From: Halocafeteria seosinensis
Taxonomy: Eukaryota
Reading direction: 5' to 3'
DNA length: 23,710 nucleotides
Assembly (NCBI GenBank): GCA_001687465.1
Contig: LVLI01000599.1
Location: forward strand, 62,001 to 85,710
Both the position numbers and the translations under genes were made by a program. The notes beneath the pieces are model-generated. The model was not told the DNA's origin, ran no database searches, and saw only the letters and a program-made list of their open reading frames with translations. Positions 10,439-22,153 of the stretch are shown in pieces (the first letter of the stretch is position 1; every line of letters starts with the position of its first letter).

Positions 10439-11552
10439 TCATGAAGCAACTGCTGTTTCTACCACCGCCCGATCGTTACTGATACCACCATTATCACCAT
10501 ATCTACCATTGCTTTGAACGTACGAGTGGTGCGTTTGACTACTACCGCTCTTTTGCATACTGCTGTCTTCGCTTTTCTTGTCACTCTTTGAACTCTGTGA
10601 TCGCACATCCTGAGTAGAGCTGCTCGCAGCTGCGCTTGCACCTGCGTTCGCACCAGTTGCCTTATCTCTATGTCCCCCTACTGGAATCCCTTGCTCCGTT
10701 TTCAGAGTCTGAAGCGTCTCTGGGGTAGGAGGGATCGGTTGCATTTCGACCGAGGGTTGCATGTGGCTAGACAATTCAGCGAAGTATCTGCAGTACGTGT
10801 CTGTGTTCACATGAAGGCTGAAGTTGATAGAAAACAGAAATTCCATCTCTAGAGCGTTCATTTCATCACAGGGGACACCTCCAACCTGTAGATCAAGGAT
10901 TGTTGTCCAGAGTGGGGCTCTTCTCACCAACACAAGAGGCTCATACCTTCGCATAGTACGCATTATTGAAATACTGGTCGTCGAAAAACTTAGCGGCTAG
11001 CATCACACTGTTTTACAAACACAGGCAGTTGCAATATAAGAAAGTAATTTCTCAAGCTCGCCTATTTCACATACCTGGTTATAATAATACGATGGACGTT
11101 TAAGGAAGACAAAACCAGCTGGTTCCGTTGGATCAGCCTGTCGATGTATATGAGCGCTAGAATAAAACACTCCGAACTACATGATGCGTATCTTAGAATG
11201 CTGCAATCTTTGAACACAACCTTACTTAGACCCGTTCTTCCGTTCCACCTCGATGCAATACATACCGTTCTAAGTAATCCAAGATTGATATAGCAGGTGC
11301 CCTTAAAGCATGAAATTTTGTCACAGGGGACGAATCACTTCCCTTCTGTATATACATATAATATCCGCTCTGAATCAAGACATTCCTAGTTGCAAATAGG
11401 AAAGAAGAACATACCTTGTCATTTTCATCGACGATTCGGTTAAGCACATCTGCGAGGACGTGGACGTATGCATGTCCTCTGTCTGTATCTGACACGTCTT
11501 GGTTGTGCCCGCTTTGGGGATTATTCTCTTTAGGGTCTTCCGATTCCGGCAT
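10439..11552 (-). CDS. Pho80/CYCP(U)-type cyclin, 283 aa; exons 11552-11415, 11345-11266, 11200-11075, 11007-10947, 10885-10439
   Basis: The spliced cyclin box reads [105 protein letters not shown]. Exons 3 and 4 are not shown in their coding frame in the ORF track. Confidence 0.92.
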
Positions 11553-12707
11553 ATTGCAAGTTTAGGTCGTTATTGCTGTGAATAGGGCAAGTATACGACC
11601 CCTGCACTCATGTAAATTAAGCCACTGGCGAACTGGATCCCGGAGTCAGAGCCTTGGTTCAACAAGCGGAAGAAATTGAATACTACCCCGATAGAAAGAG
11701 ATCTTTAATGGCAACACTGAGCAGCTATCCACCGAAATATTCACTGTATACCTTATATTCCTAAGTCAAGTACCATATACGTGGAACACAACGAAAGGGT
11801 GCGCTGATCCGCGGGCTGGGTCAGTCGCGTTCAACCGGTTCTAACAAATAGATCAGTCCGCGATATGCACTCCTGCGTTCGCGCACGTCAGCCCGTTGTT
11901 CATAAAACACAGTGATATGTATTTCTTCCCCCCTTTGCTAATACAGAAGTGTGCTCTCCATGCTTTTCTTCGTTAAGCGATCCCGACCTGGTTTTGTGTT
12001 GCAGTTAAGATTTCTCCAGTTGCGTATAGAGATGCCAAGAGGATAGCATGTAATCCAATTAATTTTCGTAAGGTACCGGACAAAGAACGGGTTATCTATC
12101 CAGGAGTGAAGCCTTTCCTGTGCAATAGTTTGAGCAGGAGCTCGGTTTTCTCTGCGCCCGGGCTGCAGACTCGCTGACGCAGTCGCTTGCAAGACAACAA
12201 AGGAGTGTGTTCAAGACCTCTCTCCTCCACAGGTTCCGATGAACAAATTCAGGAAAATGCGCATCGTCAACACCAACACATGATACATGAAACAGCTTGC
12301 CCGCAGATGGAACTCTCGCTCTTCCTTCGGAGGTGTGTCGTAGACCTTGAAGGGCTGCTTCCCAACTTGAACCTGGGGTGTGCGGTGCACCTTTTTTGTT
12401 CCCTATAGGAGCGCCCTCTTTGGTCACCCTGCTGCGGAGACCGAGTCGGACCGACAAGAGGGAACCGCTCCATCTTTTGTTTCAGAACGGCATCTCGACG
12501 AAAAGATTGCTATGTTGCGATGGAGTCTGACGGGAGCTCGTTAGTACCCTCTTCACTTACAGCGTTAGAACGAAGATACCCGTTTTCCGGGTCGGCTGGT
12601 AGCCGGGGAGCTGTGCCGAAGGAGAGGAACTGGAAGCTGCGCTTGTGGACGGTCCCCGCTTAAAAGTTATCGCTTGGTATCTGGGACCGCGAGGTGTTCA
12701 TTCAAAA

Positions 12708-15433
12708 ATGGAGCAGTTAATTCCCGTGATCAACGAACTCCAAGATGTATTCACAGCCATTGGTAAACCTCCTATGGATTTACCTCACATCATCGCTATT
12801 GGAAGCCAGAGTAGCGGTAAAAGCAGCGTTTTAGAGGGTTTAGTTGGACGTGACTTCCTGCCCCGCGGAGTGGGCCTAGTTACGAGACGCCCAATTGTCT
12901 TGCATTTATACCATGTGAAACTTGGAAATGAACCGGTAAACCTTAACCAAGCTAACAATCAACGAGTCGAAGATGAACGGGGTAAGAAAGATTCGTTATG
13001 CGCAGACTTGAATGGGTAGCCGGGCAAATTCCACCTGTATTGCTGCAGAGTACTCCCCCTATCACGGCCACGATCGCGTTCCGGAAAATCACTCACCCTC
13101 GATGTCGGATGGAGGACGACCCGCTTGGGAATGGGTAGAATTTAACCACAATGCAGGAGTGAAGTATTTTGATTTTAAAGAAGTTCAGCAGGAAATTCAG
13201 AGGGAGACAGATAGACTCACTGGGAAGAACGTATGGTTCCCTACTAACACTTCCGCCACCCTGGTCCCTGGTCACCCTGTGCTTGTTTTGTCCGCAGAAA
13301 GGGATATCCAGTGAACCTATAGTAGTCAAAATCTTTTCTCCACATGTGCTGAACCTTACTCTGGTGGATCTTCCGGGGATTACAAAGGTAGGATATTCTC
13401 TTCTTAGATCTGAGCATCTGTGAGACCATATATAACGAACTGTTCTGCAGATACCGACTGGTGACCAACCTCGTGATATAGAGCGACAACTGCGGGAGCT
13501 TTGTATTTCGTTCGCAGAAAATCCGAACGCCATCATCTTAGCTGTTTCCGCAGCAAACACTGATATTACGAACAGTGATGCAATCCAAGTGGCGCAAGCG
13601 GCAGATCCGCAGGGGGAGCGTACCATCGGTGTGCTTACGAAGCTTGACCTTATGGATGCCGGCACGGATGCTGTGGACGTTCTTATGGGACGGGCGATTA
13701 GACTGAAGCACGGGTTTGTTGGTATGGTAAACAGGAGTCAAAGAGATATCGAGACCGGGAAGACTATGGAGGAAGCCCTGGCCAAAGAGCGTAAGTTCTT
13801 CAACTCGCATCCCTCATACAGACACCTTGCCAGCAAAATGGGAACGCATTACCTATCAATGCTCCTTAATTCTGTGCTGATGTCTCACATTAGGGAGCAA
13901 TTACCGGCCGTGAAGAGTCAAGTATCGCAGCATATCATGAATGTTCGAAGAGAGTTGGAAGCATTGGGCGATCCTGTCGAAGCACTGGCAACCGAATCAC
14001 AAGGGAGCACGTTACTGGCGCTGATATCGAAATTTTCTTCGTCGTTTACTGCGTCTATCGATGGCCAAGGACAAGAAAACATACGTCGCGATCAATTATG
14101 GGGTGGAGCTAGAATCCAGCACATATTTTCTAACGCCTTCCAAAAAACTGTTGAAGGTTTCCACGCGTTGGACGGTCTGCGAATGGATGATGTTCGCCAT
14201 GCCATTCGAAATGCCACGGGTCCAAAATCGGCGCTTTTTGTACCGGAAGGAAGTTTTGAGGCCTTGGCACGACGACAGGTCTCCCTCTTGGAAGATCCGG
14301 CGCTTCAATGTGTTGAACAGGTGTTTGCTGAATTGCTGGAACTCTCGCGTTTATGTGTTCCCAAAGAGCTACAACGTTTTGGAGATTTGAAGGAAAAAGT
14401 GGTTGAGGTCGTGCACAACTTACTTCGTCGTCTAGTGGAACCTGCAAAAACAATGATTAGCAACATGATTCATATCGAGAAGGCTTATATAAATACCAGT
14501 CACCCGGATTTCATCGGCGGCTCGGAAGCTGTCAATCGTGCAAATGAACTTGTATTGAAACACAACGCTTCTAGTGACATGGTTTCCACAGTCGATGACC
14601 GAGAATCGTTTGGAAATCGTGTTGGAGATCCCGCGTTACAGGGCTATATTGAGGAATGGTTCCGTAGCAGCGTAGCACGATTAGAGGCACAGTCTGCTGC
14701 AAGGACGTCCGGTTCGCATGACAGAAAAGGGAGACAGAAGCAAGATGGGTCTCACAAACATTCGAAATCACGGTACCTCGATAACAGGCACTTTTTTGAG
14801 GTGAACGGGGATGACTCGTAAGTTTTGTACTAAGTAAGATCCATTGCATATTGCAACGGTCAATGTAATTTCGGCAACCTCTACAGAAACGAAACTGCTC
14901 TAAATCTCCCGCCTCCGGCAAGCCGGATGGACTGTTTGGGAAAGCCAGTCTCGCATCGTGAGCTGTACGAAGTGTTCACTATTGGTAAGAACTTCATGTC
15001 CGTATAAATGCTCGTGACCTACGCAAGTGACGTTCGTCTTATGCAGTTACGCTCCTGAACTCCTACTTCGGAATAGTGAGAAAGTCGTTTGTGGATTTTG
15101 TACCAAAGATCATCATGTGCTACTTAATCAACCAGGCAAGGGGTAAGTAGAAGAAATCAAACCAAGCGAAATATGATTGGTGGTGTCGTAGGAGTAACAT
15201 TTCATGAACATACTTTATGCAATTTGTTTATTTTTCCAGACAATATCCAATCAGAGTTAGTCAGGGCCCTTTATACTGAAAGTCAGCATGAGGACCTCCT
15301 TCGCGAAAGCGACGACATTGCCCAACGTAGAAAGCAGGCAGAAGACGCCCTGCATTGCTTGAATGAGGCGTTGAGGATCATCGATGACGTTCGCGAATTC
15401 GACCACGCTTTGTCCCACAGCACCAGTCGCTGA
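12708..15433 (+). CDS. Dynamin-related GTPase (DRP1/Vps1-type, no PH domain), 766 aa; exons 12708-12981, 13049-13230, 13298-13387, 13451-14817, 14887-14984, 15047-15142, 15240-15433
   Basis: [16 protein letters not shown]1 [15 protein letters not shown]3 LVDLPGITK and G4 TKLDLMD. Middle domain motifs GGARI and [39 protein letters not shown]...[10 protein letters not shown]...LLRES. Six GT-AG introns. Confidence 0.93.
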
Positions 15434-15452
15434 TACAGTTACTAATATACCA

Positions 15453-18400
15453 TTAGTTGACTGCTGTTGCATTAATACTGGGGTTTGCTGCTTCCTCCTG
15501 GCCGGCTAAGCTGCCTCCTCGAAGGGGTCGAAACCCGTGGGCCTTCTTCACTAAGTCATCGGCGTCCTCATGTCCACCCTGCCAGCGATCTTTTTGGCCG
15601 CCTTTTTCGAAAACGAACCCGGAAGCAAACCGGTCTGGAGCGGGTCCGATAAAGGACAAAATTACTGGTAGGAGGCACAATCCATGGAACGCTCCCATGA
15701 TGACGATTCCGAGATACATCCGGAAGTAGTATACTCTGAATAGTTCACTTGGTGCCCATGCCAAAACAACCACACCAACGAATTTCGTCAACGTAATTCC
15801 CGTTATCACAGAACTTCCCATTTCCTCCAAAGCATGCCTCGCCCGAGCGTTGTTCGTTCCCTTCTTTGAAGTGAATGATGTCACAATATGCACGCAAAAC
15901 TCGACACATAATCCAACAGCCATCACGAAATTGACGACAGTAACGGCATTAATGTCCACACCAAAATTACCCTTGCTAGAAGCATCGTCGCTGTGAGGGT
16001 TCCATACGTAGATCAAACCCATAATGTCTATGCTAGCACACGCTACCATAACGGTGACAAGAAGTGCTGAATATGGCTTCGTTAGAAAAGTTATTGCCAC
16101 ATAGACGGCACCTAACGCCAGTAAGAAATTTTGCAAAGCGATTCCGCGGATGTAATTGTACTGCTCGTAATAGACATAGAACAATGAGTACGGGAAAACG
16201 GTCCCTCCAGGGGCTTGCTTCACGAACTGAGTATGGTGCTCCCTGTTGTCGCCGCCCGCGTATGAAGCGGCAGTAGTTTCCAAGCTGGAAGGTGGGGCAG
16301 CATCACTGGGGATGCTCCGCAGAAGTTCTTTTCCATCGAACTGGTATACTAGTTTCCCCATTGAATCCGACGCAGATTGTAAAGTTTGCATGACGGATAT
16401 GAAGTCGTTCTGATCTTTCAGTTGAGTGTGCTGCGCTTGAATACGAGATGACATGATTTCGATCGGCACGTATCCTTTCCCGCTTCCATTCACGCGGTCA
16501 GCTTGCTCTATGCTTGCAACGTAATCTACTGCTCGTTGACTATGTAGTCCACCTCTCCATGCCACGTTCAAAAACACAGGGGGACCCCACAAAAATTTCA
16601 GATCAGAAGAATACCGTGCTCCGCATAGTCCCTTTTGTTGGCAGCACTTCCCCTCGGTTGGAAGAGAAGTCAAGAACCAATGTGCACGAATCGCGATAGG
16701 GGCTTCACCCCTTCCCAATTCCAATGGGCAAACAGAGTCCGTAGGGATGTAGTCCTGATAACGAAGAAAATCCACAAACCAACTCTGTAGCGGAGGTGTT
16801 ACGGAATCCTTTAAAGCGCCTATTTGCTGGGTGACATTTCTTATCGCTTCTTCGTTCTGTTGCACCAAGATAAACGTATTCCATTCTGTATTGAGACAAC
16901 TTGTGACTTAACTTTGAACCACTTACGCGCGGGTCTGAATAATTGACGTTTTGAAAAACCATGTAGAAAGGGGGGCCAGCATCCTCGAACGCTGCTTCTT
17001 CATCGTAATATTTTTGCAGATAGCTTCCCTTGGGCACTACGAGTTGCTGCGGAAGTCCTAATCCGAGTTTAGTTATGGCATACATCGAACCGGCGAGAAG
17101 GGCTGATCCAATTACAAGCTGCGGGGTACATTGTCAATTCTTTCGGCTTTGCCTCAACCACCCTCAGTGCGAGAAATCCCATACTTACAACGGAAATTTT
17201 TACTACTGGGTGGAATAGCACCGGGGCGTAGAACTTGGAGATCGCTCTCCTGACATAACTCCCTCCCTCTAGTGCTTGCTTTTTGTCACATCGATACCGT
17301 ACACATGGACATAAGTCAACTCGTTGATCCTCTTGGCGTCGAAGATCTAAGGAAAACACTGCAGTAAACCATGTAAGTTGGAATACGTAGTCAACTGCTA
17401 CAGCAATGGCCGCCACGGCACAAAATTGCTGCAAGGCAGGAATATTTGTAGTTGCCCCCACACCGAACGCAAGCATTTCAGAAACTGCGGCGGCTGTAAT
17501 TGAAGGCCCTACATCTGCGTAAGTTGTAACGAAGATATCCTTGCTCGAAGATGTGGTTGATTCCTTCCTGTGTCGGTCGTACGCCTTCGTAAATATGAAC
17601 ATGCTGCATATGCAACGCTTTGAACTCTTAGATAGCAAGCGCAGATCTCATAAAAGCATTAAACATACTTGTCTACTCCGATAGCCAGAATAAGAAACGG
17701 TACGACCTCGCTTACAATCATCGTTATGCGCATACCGCAGTATGATACCATTCCAATAGCTGTAGTAACACTACATACGACGAGAATCACACCATTCAGG
17801 CCAAGCAAGCTCCTAGAGTACACAGGGTGGGGAAATTTTCCCAATGCAATGGTTACGTAGGCGAACATCACGACGTATGATATAACAACAACAAACGTAT
17901 TTTGTTCCTGCACCACGGAGAGTTCGTCTTGTAGTGACCTCTGCAGTGATAAATGAACATTTTCAACATTCAACAACACACATGCATAAAATGAATGGTT
18001 TACCTACATCTGCCATGTAATTTATCTTCAGGAGGTCACTGTCGAAGCTTTTGGCGTGCTTTAGAAACACATCCTCTTCCCATGCAGCCGCTTCATCCGA
18101 GATATCATCACTCCCGTCCACCAAAAATGTTACAAACAGCGCGCCTGCACCAAAGTTGCATGATGTACAATGGCCGACGATATAATCGACTCCGGGGACC
18201 TGCCGGCAACATTTACTCTTTCCAAGAATGACGGAGTTCATTACTGGTGATCCGATATCCGTTTGGCAATCACTGTTTAAGCACTGAACTCTCTTCTGGA
18301 TGTCGAGAGGGTCTGTTGCCTCTATCAGCGACATGTTCGACTTCCAATAGTTCGTTGGAGATTCCACGAGACATCCACGACCTTCAATAGGTTTGTAGCA

Positions 18401-19272
18401 AATGTTGTCCAGTTTCTTTCCATTCCGATCCTTGTCTTGCCGAATACTCTGTTGTAGTTTCGCAATCTCTACCATAGCGTCTTTGCGTAGTATGTTATCA
18501 CTCATGCAGTAGTTGCTGTCGTCCGAGCTTTCCAGCGATATCCCTGAATCTCCTCGGAGACCCCACAACCCGCGGTAGGTGGCTCTCTCGTCCTTCCTAG
18601 CGGATTTTTTCAAGGTAAAAATCATCTGGTTAATTCTAAAGAAAGGAGTGAACGCTTGATTAAAAAACTGTTCTTGCAAGAGTGTCTTGCTCCCTGGAGG
18701 CACCCAGATTTTCTGTGGGTTTGAGGTGACTTGAAGCTTAACCATGCCCGCAGATGCTATGCCGGTCACGACCAGACACGATAGGATAGCCCAAAAAGGG
18801 TGCGAAAACACCATGACCCCCCATTTCGCCGATAGACGAGACAAGAAGGTGGAGGATGATCCAAATATGCTCTGAACATGGCTTAATAGTGATTCAGAAG
18901 GATCACTAGAATTATCTGACGTGCTGGTCGAAGAGGCGCCATTCAGCATTGCACTATCGTCCCATTCCTCAATGAGGTCATGCACCGAGGATCCATTTCC
19001 ATCGACTGTTCCATTCTTCCATTCCGTGTCCACCTGTTTTCCATTTCCCTGCATCTTTCCCATCTCGAGCGGCGCTTTCTGTGCAGCGCGGCCTACCAGC
19101 AGAGATTGTTGTTGGAGGCACTCATATACAACCAATCAGCTACAGTGCACACTTCCATAAACCACGCACGCACATAGCATCCGTACGCTCCAAATAAAGA
19201 CACATTCAGTGTACACAATAAAACCGACAGAACTTGCCAAAGTGAATACTTGAAGCCATCGGATGCTGCCAT
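15453..19272 (-). CDS. NPC1: Niemann-Pick C1-like sterol-sensing-domain (Patched/RND) transporter, ~1156 aa; exons 19272-19170, 19092-18008, 17940-17669, 17603-17189, 17118-16927, 16856-15453
   Basis: TSNPQKIWVPPGS, FFRINQMI, MAD|RSLQDEL, sterol-sensing domain (ISYVVMFAYVTIALG, EVVPFLILAIGVDNMFI, VGPSIT, IPALQQF), LGLGLPQQLVVPKGSYL, GPPFY, VFPYSLFYVYYEQY, VGLCVEFCVHI, GITLTKFVGVVVLA and FRVYYFRMYL. The summed exon length (3471 nt) is a multiple of 3. Exon 1 is the least certain. Confidence 0.9.
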
Positions 19273-19449
19273 CCGCAACGAGGACAGAGTGGCACGGAGT
19301 CTTAGCTTAGTTAAAGATTCTCAAGGTTACTTCTCCTCGCTTGTGTTGTTACACGCATACATGAGGAATGCTCCAGTTTAGCGACTGTAAAATAGAGGGG
19401 GGATAATTAACGACTGTCTGGTTGACGTTTTCGGTTTCTTGTTTCTATC
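19273..19449. promoter_or_regulatory. Probable compact bidirectional promoter between the NPC1-like and TMF1-like genes
   Basis: Only 177 bp separate the two divergent ATGs. This is inferred from gene layout; no specific motif was identified. Confidence 0.5.
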
Positions 19450-22031
19450 ATGGCGGCGTCGTGGAGCTCAGCTCTGGATATTGTAGGCAAAGCCTACAAA
19501 AAGGCCAATCAATCATGGCAAGCTATAGAAAAAGATATTGATACGGCTATTCAAGTACCAGAGGAAGAAGAAGATCGAACGTATCACAATGGATCCCAAC
19601 AGCACTCTGAAACAACACAGACTAGCTCCACGGAAGCAACGCAAGCAAATGCAGCCTCAGTTGCGCACCAGACACCTGATGGGCAGGATGATGGCCGTAG
19701 TGAGACCAAAAACGAGAATGTTGAGCAAGGCGATGGGGGAGACACTGAGCTGGTGGAGGAACATGTGCCATCGCGCACCAAGAACCTACAGTCTTGTGCA
19801 GAAATGGAAGATTCTCAAACTATGGAGCGAGGTTCAAGTGAGACCCAACAGTCATCGAATAGCCTTGAAGAATCAGTGCTCAACCCACCTTCATCTTCCC
19901 TGGGTACGCACGCCGGCTATGAAGACAGTCAGGAGGTCCCCTCCTCGACGGTCCCCAAGGAACGGTTTGACGCACTGAAGAGTAAATTCCAGCAGTCACG
20001 TGAACTCATTAATAAGCTTCGAGAGTCAAGGCAAAAGCTTCAAAGGGAGAACGAAACCCTTAGGAAGCAACAGGAGCAGGGCGCCAACGGTCACTGTACT
20101 GGCTGCAAGCGTCACGAGGAGGAGAAGGAGAATTTAAGAAGATCTCTTGAAGAATACAAGAAGCAAACTTCCACTTATCAGAAACAGTTAAATAATTTAA
20201 ATGCAGAATTAAAAGAGAGAGATGAGAGGATTGAGCAAATAATGGAGGAAGGCAAGGCACTGAGTAAAAAACAAGTACGGTATTTTTCTCACCTGAAGAT
20301 ATGCGATAGATCTGCGAATGCCACTACACCGCGATGTTGTGTATTCGCAGGCAAAGCAAGAATCAACGATAAAAGAACTCCGGCAAGAAAATCGAGATCT
20401 GAATGCAGACTTGGAACATTCCGAAGCTCAACTCCAAGGAGCGAAAATGAAGCAAGGTAGGTCAATGGGTGTACCCTCTTTCGGGACCGTAGAGCAGTAC
20501 AAGTTCCTCGTCTTTTCTTTCAGAAAATCTGGAAGACGAGCTTGAACGCGTCCGACAAGAGCTTAAAAAACTCCAAGACAAGGACAACTCGACGACAGGC
20601 GAAATCCAAAAACGGAATGAAGATTTGGGAGAGACCCAAGAACGGCTCCAGAAAGCAGAAGGTGAGCTTCAGAGTCTGCGGGCAAAATACAAGGAACTAA
20701 GTGAAGAGCTATCTTCGAAAGACAGCCAGTACAACTCTGTTTTGAGAGAACTTGAAGAGCTCGATGAGGAGAGGAACAACGCAGAGGACCTCGCGGAATC
20801 ATACAGGAAACAGTTGGAGGAGTCACGTTCGCAGCAAGAGACTTTGAAGTCGCAGATGGAGAAACTACATGAAGCACATACGACTTTGAAGAAGAAGTAT
20901 CAGAAGAAGTGCGACGAAACCAGCAAAGAGTCAACGCATTTACGTGAGCAACTTCGCGAACTGGAGGCACGCGTTGCTGAGTACGAAGACATTGGATCAA
21001 AGGACCCCCATGATGAAGTTGAGGATACCTCTCCAGAGCATCCCCTGGATAGGAAGGTGGAAGAAGACCGGCGCCTCAATCAGCGAAAAGACGAGACAGA
21101 AAACGACAGACCTAAAGCTAACATTCAGCATTGGTTAAGTAGACTTGCAGAACTTCAACGGAAATATGCTGCTATGGAAGAAGATTGGAGAAAACGAGAA
21201 ATGAATTACCAAGAAAAACTGCGAGAGGCTGATGAATGCCGCCTTCAGGCTGAGACCTCTCTCAGGTCGACACGGAGGGAAAAGGAGAACTTAGAACAAG
21301 AAAGTGCTACCTTGCGAGAAGAAGTTAGCACTTTGAAAGAAAAGAACGCTTCTTTGAAAGAACAATTGTACGAATCAGAACAATCTCATCATTCTTGCCA
21401 GCAAAAATTGAAAGCGTTAGAGCAGGAAGTCTCCAGTGAAAAACAACAAACACAAGCAGCGCAATCAAGATTGAATGCTTTAGAATCCCAGCTCCAGCAT
21501 TTGGAGAATGATAAACTGGAAGCAAACGCGGAGGTGGAGCGGCTAAAGAAAACGGTAAGCGAATATGATAGGAAATTGGAACTAACCGAAAACCACCCCA
21601 TCCAAAACCATGACGACGATGTATGGAATAATGAAAGCGGCAAAGGGCAGCGGATCTCAGATGACATTATATCCGATCGAAATTGCAACACTGTCGGGGA
21701 GAAAAGCACTTGGGGTGAGCTTTTATCCTATTGCCGACAAAGGGACGGCGAAATCAGGGCACTTCGTGCAGATCTTGAAAAGCTACACTCTCAAAAGAAC
21801 CAGCTGGAGGATCAATTGTTGGAGAATGCGTACGATCCTTCTGCATTAAACTCTGCGAATAGACGTTCTTCCAGTGAATCGCTTAGGGAGATGGAACGCC
21901 GTTACAATTTTGCTCTCGAGCTTCTCGGGGAAAAGGAAGAAGAGGCTGAGATGCTCGAGGAAGAGCTCGAGCATGTTAAGTACCAGTTTCAGCAGCAGAT
22001 TAATGAGCTCTGTACGATAGACACCAACTAG
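19450..22031 (+). CDS. TMF1: TMF1/Sgm1/golgin candidate 5-like coiled-coil Golgi tether, 812 aa; exons 19450-20274, 20351-20456, 20524-22031
   Basis: N-terminal Trp-containing motif (SWSSAL...IEKDIDTAI), central EQIMEEGKALSKKQ|AKQESTIKELR, long heptad coiled coil, and C-terminal RQRDGEI...RYNFALELLGEKEEEAEMLEEELEHVKYQFQQQI typical of TMF family proteins. Confidence 0.85.
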
Positions 22032-22153
22032 CTTATTAAACATTGCTCAGTAAATGCTGATATGATTTACAGTAGAGGTACTCTCCCTCCAGTCTACCGA
22101 TAACCAAGTGGACACAGACTAAAAGGTAGGGCGATGCTCATTCATGTTCGTTC

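Noticed and set aside
12915..13130. ~50-aa insertion in the dynamin GTPase domain
   Set aside because: It lies at the known variable insert position of Dnm1/Vps1-type proteins; not novel.
12708..22031. Apparent membrane-trafficking cluster (dynamin-related, NPC1-like, TMF1-like)
   Set aside because: Three adjacent housekeeping genes from a large functional class are easily coincidental, and no shared motif was seen.
516..22043. Numerous antisense and alternate-frame ORFs in the provided track
   Set aside because: They are shadows of the spliced genes or intron read-through, with no independent motif support.
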